A stretch of DNA of 64,000 bases, from the NCBI RefSeq assembly GCF_004010195.1, contig NC_057718.1, forward strand, positions 30,042,102 to 30,106,101, written 5' to 3'. Each line of letters starts with the position of its first letter. Positions within the stretch are counted from its first letter, which is position 1. The DNA is from Chiloscyllium plagiosum (Eukaryota). The position numbers and the translations under genes were made by a program. This document shows positions 23,140-34,179 of this stretch, piece after piece. Under the pieces are notes generated by a model. It saw only the letters and a list, made by a program, of their open reading frames with translations. It was not told where the DNA came from and made no database searches.

Positions 23140-23790
23140 TTGCAAGAACCCAGACAGAAGGCTCGGTGACCTTAGCAGCAGTTGGGGTGGTGAGGAAGAC
23201 CTGGAAGGGCCCTTCCCAACGAGGTTGGCAGCTGCGGAGTGTCCACTGTAATAAAGTATAAACCATTTCCCCCTTGCCCAAATGTACACAAAATACACAT
23301 AATCAATTTAAAATAGGCAGTAGCAAAGAAGGAACACAAACTTGTCCAGTAGGGGTCATCCACATTTTGGTTTGAGTATCGATGGAGTATTTGAGGCCAT
23401 AGTTTGTGCTCTTCCACAGGGGCATCCCCAGTGATTTCTGTACCTTATCCAGATCTGGCATATCCGTCCTTATACTGTGTCTAACTGAGTTTGCTGGGGA
23501 CCAGAAATTTGGTGTGTGAGGCTGCCTGCTTGGCAGCTGCATCTACTTGCCCACTACTTTAGAAACAGTATCAGTTTCCTTGGCGTGAGCCAAATATCTT
23601 GATAATTGCCAGATTGATTGGACAAAACAGCATTATTATACCACTGCTCCTTGGGGGTTAAAAATCTTCAATGTTCCCATAGGGTCCGAAATCATGGATC
23701 ATACTAAAAGCAGAATGAAGAGTCCGTGTATATTAGTAGATTTTCCTTTTGTTAGGATGAAACCATGTTGATTCCCCATGTCAGTTCCAA
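23140..23790 (-). pseudogene. pol: ERV copy 2 pol remnant (RNase H C-terminal half, integrase N- and C-termini, core deleted)
   Basis: GKSTNIHG..AFSMIHDFG, DAAAKQAA and MWMTPTGQVCVPSLLLPIL..THLGKGEMV joined directly to QPRWEGPFQVFLTTPTAAKV. Confidence 0.85.
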
Positions 23791-23818
23791 GGTAACATTA
23801 AAGACACAACACTCCCCA

Positions 23819-26800
23819 GAGGGATTCCACTTCATGGGGCATTGGCATCAGTTTTGGAACAGGGGGGATCTGTACCGTTGGGACGGTCTCCACCTGAACC
23901 GATCAGGTACCAATGTTCTAGCGAAGAGGATAAATAGGGTGGTCAGTAGGACTTTAAACTTCTGAGTTGGGGGGAAGGGAAAGTGAAAGCGACAGGGAGT
24001 ATGGAGGTAAATGGCAAGATAAGCAGCAGGATAGCATGTTTCCAGGCGGATTTAAAATTGAGGCAGACCGAGAATGCAGTAAAAAGCAAGGATAACTTAG
24101 GACATATGACTTCCAACATCTCTAATGATAAGGAAGTTAGCATTAAGGCACTTTACCTGAACGCTCGTAGCATTCATAACAAAGCCGATGAACTAATGGC
24201 ACAGATAATAGTGAATGATTATGATGTAGTAGGCATCACAGAGACTTGGTTACAGGGGGGCCAGGACTGGCAGTTAAACCTCCATGGTTTTTCAACTTAT
24301 CGAAAAGACAGAGAGGTGGGCAAAGGGGGTGGGGTTGCCTTGTTAGTTAAGAACAAAATTAAATCTATGGTATTGAATGACATAGCCTCGGATGATGTGG
24401 AGTCTGTGTGGGTGGAATTGAGAAACCACAAAGGCAAAAAAAACATAACTGGAGTTGTGTATAGACCTCCTAACAGTGGTCAGGACCAGGGACGCAACAT
24501 GTACCGGGAAATAGAGAAGGCATGTCAGAAAGGCAAGGTTACATTGATCACGGGAGACTTCAATATGCAGGTGGACAGGGTAAATAATGTTGCTAGTGGA
24601 TCTAAAGAAAGGGAATTCATGGAATGCTCACAGGATGGCTTTTTGGAACAGCTTGTCATGGAGCCCACAAGAGAGCAGGCTATTCTGGACCTAATGCTTT
24701 GCAATGAACCAGACTCTATAAAAGATCTTAAAGTAAGGGAACCCTTAGGAAGTAGCGACCATAATATGATAGAGTTCAGTCTGCAGTTTGAAAGGGAGAA
24801 GGCAAAATCGGATGTAATGGTGTTACAGTTGAATAAAGGTAATTATGAGGGCATGAGAGAGGAACTGACTAAAATAGACTGGAAGCAGAGGCTAACCGGG
24901 AAGACAGTAGAGCAAAAATGGCAGGAGTTTATAGGTATAATTGAGGACACTGTACAGAGGTTCATTCCCAAGAAAAGAAAGATTAACAGGGGAGGGACTA
25001 GACAACCTTGGCTGACAAAGGAAGTCAGGAAATGTATTAAAGAAAAAAGAGATCCTATAAAGTGGCTAAGAACAATGGGAAATCAGAAGATTGGGAAGGA
25101 TACAAAAGCAAACAGAGGACAACAAAGAGTGTAATAAGAAATGAGAGGATCAAATATGAAGGTAGGCTAGCCAATAATATTAGAAATAATAGTAAAAGTT
25201 TCTTTCAGTACATAAGAAACAAACGACAGGCAAAAGTAGACATTGGGCCACTTCAAACTGATGCAGGAAGCCTAGTGATGGGAGATAAGGAAATAGCAGG
25301 AGAACTTAACAAGTACTTTGCGTCAGTATTCACAGTGGAAGACATGAGTAATATCCAAAAATTAAAGGGTGTCACGGGGCTGAGTTGAGTATGGTTGCCA
25401 TTACGAAAGAGATAGTGCTAGAAAAATTAAAAAGTCTTAAAATTGATAAATCTCCTGGCCCCGATGGGATACACCCTAGAGTTCTGAGAGAGGGGGCTGA
25501 GGAAATAGCAGAGGCATTGGTTGAAATCTTCCAAGAGTCACTGGAGTCAGGAACGGTCCCGGATGATTGGAAGATGGCTGTTGTAACCCCCTTGTTCAAG
25601 AAAGGATCAAGGCAAAAGATGGAAAATTATAGGCCAATCAGCTTAACCTCGGTTGTTAGTAAAATTCTAGAATCCATCATTAAGGATAATGTTTCTAAAT
25701 TCTTGGAAGAGCAGAGTCTGATTAGAACAAGTCAACATGGATTTAGTAAAGGGAGGTCATGCCTGACAAACCTGTTGGAATTTTTTGAAGAGGTAACAAG
25801 TAGGTTAGACCAGGGAAACCCAGTGGATGTGGTCTATCTAGACTTTCAAAAGGCCTCTGATAAGGTGCCACACGGGAGGCTGCTGAGCAAGGTGAGGGCC
25901 CATGGTGTTCGAGGTGAGCTGCTGGGATGGACTGAGGATTGGCTGTCTAACAGAAGGCAGAGAGTTGGGATAAAAGATTCTTTTTCAGAATGGCAGCCGG
26001 TGACGAGAGGTGTCCCGCAGGGTTCGGTGCTGGGGCCACAGCTGTTCGCAATATATATTAATGATTTGGATGAGGGAACCGGGGGAATTCTAGCGAAGTT
26101 TGCCGATGATACGAAGTTAGATGGACAGGCAGGTAGTACTGAGGAAGTGGGGAGGCTGCAGAAGGATCTTGACAGGTTGGGAGAGTGGTCCAGGAAATGG
26201 CTGATGGAATTTAACGTGAGCAAGTGCGAGGTCTTGCACTTTGGCAAAAAGAATAAAAGCATAGACTACTTTCTAAATGGTGAGAAAATTAATAAAGCCA
26301 AAGCACAAAGGGATCTGGGAGTGCTAGTCCAGGATTCTCTAAAGGTAAACATGCAGGTTGAGCCCGTGATTAAGAAAGCGAATGCAATGTTGTCTCTTAT
26401 CTCAAGAGGGTTGGAATATAAAAGCAGAGATGTACTACTAAGACTTTATAAACCTCTGGTTAGGCCCCATTTGGAGTACTATGTCCAGTTTTGGTCCCCA
26501 CACCTCAGGAAGGACATACTGGCACTGGAACGTGTCCAGCGGAGATTCACACGGATGATCCCTGGAATGACAGGTCTAACATATGAAGAACGGCTGAGGA
26601 TACTGGGATTGTATTCGTCGGAGTTTAGAAGATTAAGGGGAGACTTAATAGAGACATACAAAATAATACATGGCTTGGAAAAGGTGGATACTAGGAAATT
26701 GTTACAGTTAAATGTGGAGACTAGGACCCGTGGACACAGCCTTAGAATTAGAGGGGACGAGGAGACTAGGGCCCGTGGACACAGCCTTAGAATTAGAGGG

Positions 26801-27077
26801 GGTCATTTCAGAACAGAAATGCGGAGGCATTTCTTCAGCCAGAGAGTGGTGGGCCTGTGGGATTCATTGCCACGGAGTGCAGTGGAAGCCGGGACGCTAA
26901 ATGTCTTCAAGGCCGAGATTGATAGATTCTTGTTGTCTAGAGGAATTAAGGGCTATGGGGAGAACGCTGGTAAGTGGAGCTGAAATGCGCATCAGCCATG
27001 ATTGAATGGCGGAGTGGACTCGATGGGCTGAATGGCCTTACTTCCACTCCTATGTCTTATGGTCTTATGGTCTTATA
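23819..27077 (+). mobile_element. Relatively young CR1 LINE: ORF1 3' end plus complete ORF2 with two frameshifts, inserted in ERV copy 2
   Basis: DGLHLN (SGNH) in 23765-23965. ORFs 23983-25134 (APE), 25062-25388 and 25385-26983 (RT, FADDTK). Ends in a (ggtcttat)n tail. Confidence 0.96.
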
Positions 27078-27995
27078 GCCACATTTGAAAAGTTAAAACA
27101 AGGGCCAGCCATTTGTCCCTGGGGAATTTGTTGTCTTGTTTCCAGTCTCAAAGGTGAAATGCTATGGCCTGCCTGTCCCCATTTTCAGGGTCCCCTCGGG
27201 AAAAGGTTGCCCAGCAGTGGTCGTCAGGTGGGCACTTGAGGTAGGTCCTGCCCTCAGGGTTGATTGGAACCAGGATACCCACCATCAGAGCTGGCATATG
27301 GCATTTGGGATCGCGGGGCACTGGATATAATTGGTTTTACCTGTAACTTGCATTGTGGTTCAGTCCGCTTCTGGCCATCCCAATCGAAAACCACTGCTCA
27401 CCTCATTTGCGACTGGAAATTCCTGGACTGGTTCGTACTGTTGGTCTGGATCATGTCAGTGACTCCAGGCAGAAAACATTGCAAAAGCATAGGGTAAAAC
27501 AAAGGTAATTGAATTTCTTGATTACTGTTCAATTATACATCACTTCCATCAGACAGGTAGGTACATATTTCAGTCTTGTAAAACAAGCCATTCATATTCA
27601 GGCTACTCCCAGAATTTCGCTGCATTTGCATTCGTATCACTCTTGGACATATTGAGCAAATTGGGCTGGTTTGGTCTTGCGGTCAGGGTCATGCTTCATT
27701 AATGTAACTCTAGTTCCTAGGATGGGACCCGGTTTAGGATGGCGCCGGCCACTCATTCCCATGATATTGGCTATGAAGACTGGGTACTTCATTTTCAAAA
27801 GGAAAGGTTTGTAATAAGTGGGTGGTTTAAATTAAGGTTAGGGGCTCAGTGGGTATACAGGAACAAAATTCCGATCCTCAAAAAAAGTTGGTATGCCAGA
27901 CATAGGCTCGGGATTCCTAGTAGAATCTAAATTCTCTATTTTACAGTATTGTTGCTTTAATCCTGTTTGTATATTCCTTAATCTTAGTGGCCTTA

Positions 27996-28217
27996 GTTAA
28001 AAATCACACAACACCAGGCTATAGTCCAACAGGTTTAATTGGAAGCACACTACCTTTCGGAGCGACGCTCCTTCATCAGGTGATAGTGGTGACTATCACC
28101 TGATGAAGGAGCGTTGCTCCGAAAGCTAGTGTGCTTCCAATTAAACCTGTTGGACTATAACCTGGTGTTGTGTGATTTTTAACTTTGTACACCCCAGTCC
28201 AACACGGCATCTCCCAA
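27996..28217. mobile_element. Palindromic non-autonomous Penelope pLTR element (family B) with hammerhead motifs and a 12-bp TSD
   Basis: Inverted repeat centred near 28088. TSD ttagtggcctta at 27984-27995 and 28218-28229. Matches the termini of the Penelope at 58342-62405. Confidence 0.88.
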
Positions 28218-28811
28218 TTAGTGGCCTTACACATTCTCTTATGTCCCTTTTTATTTTTTTCATATACCCATTCACAGTCACCTGCCAGCTTTTGGGAGTT
28301 TCATCTGCTATACGTGCCTCGAATCCCCAATCACATGCATAATTTCTTCAACTGGCCAGTAAGATAGCTTTCCATTCTTTAGTTAACAATGTGTTTAGCA
28401 GCCATGCTTCAAATTAATCATGAGGCAATGAGACAGGTCACTGACAACGTGTAAATGAATAAAGCCAAACTATTCTGCCAATTAGTTTTGATTTCGTGAT
28501 TCGGGCTAATATAATTGACTATTAAAAATAATAAATGGAATAATCATTACCTGTAATTCAGAGGTGGAAACTGAACAAGTGACTAAGACATTTTAAAAGT
28601 CATCAATTTAAATTAGAAATTCATTTATTCAGTAATCAACAATATTTAAAATATAAAATGTATACAGTTTCCAACTTTGGAATCCACTGTAATTACCCAG
28701 TTCTAGACCACTTAATTTAAATCTTGGATTTAAATTAAGTGGTCCTGACCAGTCATTGCTCATTTACAATACTGTAGATTCTGAAATAGCTGCAGTTCTT
28801 TAAAAGGTCTT

Positions 28812-28897
28812 GAGGGCTTTTGCCTGAAACGTCGATTTTTACTGCTCCTCGGATGCTGCCTGAACTGCTGTGCTCTTCCAGCACCACTAATCCAGAG
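28812..28897 (+). mobile_element. Short Penelope pLTR fragment (family A) with an imperfect TSD of about 14 bp
   Basis: gagggcttttgcctgaaacgtcg...ccagag flanked by ctttaaaaggtctt and ctttaaaaagtctt. Confidence 0.75.
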
Positions 28898-29469
28898 TCC
28901 TTTAAAAAGTCTTATCTAATCAGATGATAACAAACTTCTAATGCACAAATCCAAAGGCACAGATATTAACCATAGGATATTAATTTTGTTATATGATTTA
29001 TCACAACCTAATTTTGAATTGAAACATCAATCGTCATTGAGGGAGGGGACTAATAAAGCTATGATTGGCACATCATAATCACCAATGAAACAGAGCAGTC
29101 TTAAAATTAAGTGGAAACAAAACGAGTCTGAAACAAAAAAAGGTTATAATATTGTCTTCCTCCATATTAAACTGATTTGAAATTGAATAAGGTTGGCTTT
29201 CATATCAGGATAAAAGAGATTAGTTAGAAACTGACAATCAGGCAGTCATGGCCTGTAAGAAGAACAAGAGTTAATATTTCATTTCATAATCACTGAAGGA
29301 TCCTTAACCTTAAAGACAGTCATGTTAAATTTCCAAAATGCAAATTAGATTCAAAACAGTCCTGAATCTTGAGCTCCAGGGAACAAGATACAAACATTCG
29401 GTCACCAACAAACAAATGTGCATTCAAACCAAATCACAAAGAATTAAACTTTCTACAAGATCTAGGGCG

Positions 29470-29620
29470 CTCTCTCTCTGTCTCTCTCTCTGTCTCTCTC
29501 TCTCTGTCTCTGTGTGTGTGTGTGTGTCTCTCTGTCTCTCTCTGTCTCTCTCTCTCTGTCTCTCTCTCTCTGTCTCTGTGTGTGTGTCTCTCTCTCTCTC
29601 TCTGTCTCTCTCTGTCTCTC

Positions 29621-29661
<41 letters not shown>

Positions 29662-29667
29662 ATGTCT
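29470..29667. repeat. Compound (CT)n/(CTGT)/(GT)n microsatellite inside ERV copy 2
   Basis: Read directly from the sequence. Confidence 0.95.
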
Positions 29668-31417
29668 CACGCACATACACACGTACACAAACATTTTCCA
29701 TCCTTCTTCATATCTCAGTTTTTAGCTTTTGTTTATTCCTTTCTTGTAAGGATAATGAGGCTCTCACATTCCAGAACAGTCATTGTTAGTTAGTTTAGTC
29801 TCATAAGTGCTTAATCAAGCGTGCAAAATCCAAATACCTCTCAGCCATTCCATTTGTGATTTTAACAATATTTTCAAGGCTAGTTTATCGTGCCTCTGCA
29901 TTCGCCAACAACCCAGGGGAAATACAACGGAGTCTTTAATAGTTGCCCAATGTGTCCTGTATGCCAAATTCATTAAAGTCTGGACATCTTGAAGCAAGCA
30001 ACTATAATTACAGCAGATTTGTACTAGCCAATTAAAACTAATGTTGGGCACTCAAATGGATCGGGGGCATCTTAAAGTATGAGACGGACCTCAGCATGGG
30101 TCCGGGGCTTATCAAATGGGGTTTTACCTGTCATAACCCTGGGACAAGCAAATTTACCATTATTAATTTCGTAAATCTTAAGATGCTTTCAGCAGAACTT
30201 TCTGACCAGACACTAGGACCCTGTTGAGTACTCACTACTATCTTGTGGCTGAGTAGCAAGAATTGTATCAGCATTTCTAACAGCATTTTTGTCCCCGGCC
30301 AACTTTCCTTTTTCTAACACAACAAAAGCAGCAACCACCCTCCATATTTCATAACCAAAGACCAAACACCAAAATGAACAGAACAACAAAACAAAGCAGC
30401 AAAGCAAGACAAGACAAGCTGAACAGATATGACAGGTACAACGAACAACAAAACTAATGAGTAACCAACCATCGAATGTTTGACTGCCAGTCACCTGTGA
30501 CATTTTGTTTTGTTTCTGTTGTTGTTTAACGAGTATATTCATTTTTGAGGACCTCAGTAGATTTCATGGTACCATTATTAGTAAATTCAATTCTCAATTT
30601 AGTGACCGTCTCCTGCCATGAGCTCAAAACTGATTCTTTGTGGCTTTTGTCACTGAATTGCTGCCATAGTCTAATTAATTGCCAAATCAATTGCTGGGCT
30701 GATTTAACCAATTGAGTACTTTTAAGGCCAGATAGTGGCCACTGTTTATCACCTAATGTCTTTTTTTAAGGCACTAAAAGCTTCCACAGACTGTCAGATT
30801 TCACCAGAAATTTCTCACACATATAGTATTACTCATCTTAAACAAATTTCCTTTTATAGTCCCGACTCAAAACTTTTACTATTTAACAGCCCGTCAACAC
30901 ACAATCTACCAACTTCCACAGATCCTTTTCAACTTTCTTTAACCCTCGATAATCCTGTTATAATGTATTGCAATATTTCCTTATATCTCCGAACAATTTA
31001 AGTGCCAATTAAAATAATGCCAATGCGACCGAATCACCCTATTCGGATCCGTCTTTCAACTCTGTCCTCAGATCCCCGATCTAAGGTGGAGTCTTCGACC
31101 CCCACAAAAGCCTTCGACTTTTTTTCTGTTCACTTTTTAGTGGAATCCTCGACTCCCAAAAAGGTCCTCGACCTTCTTTTCCCTCACTTCTTTCCCCTTT
31201 TTATTTATAGGGTCCCCCTGATTCTATCCTTGCCAAGACCGATCCTTTTCAGGCTGGACTAGGACAATAGAAAGCGAGGGGTCAGGTCAACCACTACTTG
31301 AATGAGAGGAAAACCAAATGGATATGAAAAAGTCACGTCTGGCTGGCCGATTCCTCAACACTCAATAGTGGAGGGCTCAAGGCTCTTAGACCGCTGTCCA
31401 CAATCTGTCTGGACTGA

Positions 31418-31435
31418 ATCTGAGTCACTGCACCA
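31418..31435 (-). promoter_or_regulatory. Primer binding site, tRNA-His
   Basis: Minus strand TGGTGCAGTGACTCAGAT, 2 nt after the LTR CA. Matches 16 of 18 positions of TGGTGCCGTGACTCGGAT, the complement of the vertebrate tRNA-His 3' end as I recall it. Confidence 0.85.
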
Positions 31436-31437
31436 TA

Positions 31438-32059
31438 TGAAGATCGATACCCTGGGTGGGCCCTCTTGGTTCCACAATCGGTCAAAAGAATCATTAGGAG
31501 TACAGTCTGCTTCAGCAAGGTTTCACAGTTTAATCGTATTGGCCGGGCACAGATTTGTCCAGCAACACAGAGGTTAAACACTTCTGTGTTTCTTGGAGAA
31601 ATTGCGCAATTGAATTTGAACAATAAGCAATTTTTCTATTTTTTTAAGAGACAGTACAACCTTAATTACAAAGGAAAACCAATGAAATGTAATAAGGTTA
31701 CATAATGGACAGCAGGTTAATCCAATGATATTTCCTGGGAAACAGTATTGTCTTAGGCACATTATCGTCTCATACTCGTGGTTCAAGGTTAGTCAGGATA
31801 GTCAGTTAATGTCTTATGATTCATATTATGAAGCCTCCATTGTCTGCTTTATCTTTTAAGTCAGCTAGCTCAACAAAGCAAGAATGCAGCTTTTAGCTGG
31901 GTGAGAAGCCATTTTAAACATAGTGTTAATTTGCAGCCTGAAGCCATTTTATTATGTTACTTTGTGTTACTTGCATTTAGAAGTCACTTTGTAGTTAGTA
32001 AAAGCATGCATTAAATGGCTGCTCTTGACAACAGCCTAAATCCAGATTTTAAATCCTCA
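31438..32059 (-). repeat. ERV copy 2 5' LTR
   Basis: Direct repeat of 20820-21437 with TG...CA ends, adjacent to the PBS. Confidence 0.95.
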
Positions 32060-33414
32060 ATGGGAAGAACAACTGACAACTTAACAGTCTAGGGTGTAGG
32101 ATGCTCTGGCAGGACAGGGGAGGGTGAAAAAGTAAAAGTGGTGTCACATTCTTAGATAGGGAGGCAGTTACTGCAGTAAAGCGAAATTATATAGTTGTGG
32201 TAGACTATTTTATGAAATAATCTTAGGAACCTCAGGATACAGGTCAACTATTGTTAGTTGAATCAAGGCTGGGAAAGTCTACCCCGAAAAGATTCCAAGG
32301 TAGTCCTCTAACTCAACGAAGACTTATCTGCATGATTGTAACAAGATCAGCCAGGTGGACCTTATAGAATATAAAATCCCTGATTGGGGCTGTTGATCTG
32401 ACCTCTGTGGAATTATTTCAGTAGCAAGAAGGGTAAAGCACATTCCTGAAAAAACCTGCTCACAACAATCGTCTTTTGAGTTGGGCCATTTCTAGCATCA
32501 TGCTGTTATTTGGGAAGCTTGACTCATTCGACCCTGCCATCAAAGACTGGGTTCAGTATGTGGAAAGAATGCATTATTTTTTTCTGGGCAAATGACATTG
32601 GGCAGATGAAAAGCAATGAATAATTCTCCTGACAGCTTGTGGACCCGCAGTTTTATCGGTTATTAGGAACCTTACTTTCCCTGAAATATTGGATACTAAA
32701 ACCTTTCGAGTTGATGGATTTAGTTAAGGAATATTACGACCCCAAGACTTCTCTAATTCTGAGATGCTATCATTTTTACTCAACAATTTGAGAATCAGTG
32801 GAATCTGTATCTGGATTTTTGACCAGGTTAAAACAACTAGCAGATGCATTTTTTTTGGTTTAACTCTTAATAGTAGGCTGAGAGACCAGTTGGTATATGG
32901 GATTAATGATGTAACCATGCAAACCACTGACTAGCTGGAGTCTAAGTGGACTTCAAACAGGTACTACAATTGGCTTTATCATTGGAAAACATGGCAAGTG
33001 GAGCATATAAATTGCAGGGTAATCCATCAGAAGTGGTCATCCTCACTAGTCTGACTGAGTTTCAGGAACACCATTTGAGTGAAGGCAATTGCATAGCCAC
33101 ACTCAGGACATAACCTGAACAGAGGGACTCTACGTAAGCCCACAGCAAACCTCCAAACAAAGCCAAACCTCTGCCAAATGGTTAATTTTTTCTTCACGAT
33201 CCAGGCCTCAAGACAGCAAAGGAGTCCTACTAAACCTGAATTGAGTAAGAGAACTCATGGGCTGGTACTCAGGAGACTGCACGTTCCGGAAAGTCCACCT
33301 ACATCTGGTTTTGAACAGTTAAGTTGCTTAGCAACATCCAAATTAAAATAAATATCTGGTTCTAATGGAGATTGAAACGGCCATGCTGGTTTCAATGATC
33401 GCAGTACCATTAGT

Positions 33415-33723
33415 GGGCGGCACGGTGGCACAGTGGTTAGCACTGCTACCTCACAGCGCCAGAGACCCGGGTTCAATTCCCGCCTCAGGCGACTGACTGT
33501 GTGGAGTTTGCGCGTTCTCCCCGTGTCTGCGTGGGTTTTCTCCGGGTGCTCCGGTTTCCTCCCACAGTCCAAAGATGTGCAAGTCAGGTGAATTGGCCAT
33601 GCTAAATTGCCTGTAGTGTTAGGTAAGGGGTACATGTAGGGGCATGGGTGAGTTGCGCTTCAGCGGGGCGGTGTGGACTTGTTGGGCCGAAGGGCCTGTT
33701 TCCACACTGTAAGTAATCTAATC
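33415..33723 (+). mobile_element. HE1-like tRNA-derived V-SINE
   Basis: A box tggcacagtgg, B box ggttcaattcc, V-domain gtgtggagtttgc...ccggtttcctcccacagtccaaagatgtgc and CR1-like 3' end gggccgaagggcctgtttcc...taatct. Confidence 0.88.
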
Positions 33724-34041
33724 ATTCTTCTATAAAATTCACTATGGTCTCCAATCTTAATTTTGTGTAAGACCTCAGCTACACTGAGAATCTGTACCGG
33801 GGAACCTTTCCAGATTAAGGGTACAACTTCAGTTCCAGTCTCTTATGAGAAGCAGCTGGTTCAGTTACCAGTGATTGTAGTAAAAGTCGCAGGCCCAACC
33901 TTGATGGGACAAAATTGGTTGAGAGAGATTTACCAAGATTAACTCAATGTTTTTGGATTAGAAAATTGCTGCCTCATTGAAGTCCTAATTAAATACCTGG
34001 AAGTCTTTCAGGGTGTTTCAGGGACTATCAAAGGAACCAGG

Positions 34042-34179
34042 AAAATGGTTGAACGGTAGGGTTCGGGGCCTAGCTTTGCTGCTCCCCTCCCTTGTAAAAC
34101 TGCTGTCTTTCGTGTACAGCTGTCAATGTTTTTTGTAAATTGTTTTGTAACTTGTTTAATAAAATTAAAAAAAAAAAAA
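34042..34179 (+). mobile_element. Short polyadenylated retro-insertion with a 15-bp TSD (probably an L1/Tx1 3' end)
   Basis: AATAAA at 34158-34163 and a poly(A) run. Perfect TSD atcaaaggaaccagg at 34027-34041 and 34180-34194. Confidence 0.8.

Larger units (their letters stand above)
20820..32059 (-). mobile_element. Endogenous retrovirus copy 2, two LTRs, internally deleted, with nested CR1 and Penelope insertions
   Basis: Direct LTRs with TG...CA ends, tRNA-His PBS, PPT and flanks gtgg/atgg. Gag, RNase H, integrase (QPRWEGPFQVFLTTPTAAKV) and env remnants are present. Confidence 0.95.

Noticed and set aside
29338..29793. ORFs with SLSL/RERE runs (also 12281-12605 and 58784-59112)
   Set aside because: Translations of microsatellites.
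645..32059. The two ERVs as arms of one local inverted duplication
   Set aside because: Copy 2 has its own LTR pair and TSD, the flanks are unrelated, and the copy 1 LTR differs far more from the copy 2 LTRs than these differ from each other.
33415..33490. tRNA-like A and B boxes (also near 48878)
   Set aside because: These are heads of HE1-like SINEs, not tRNA genes.
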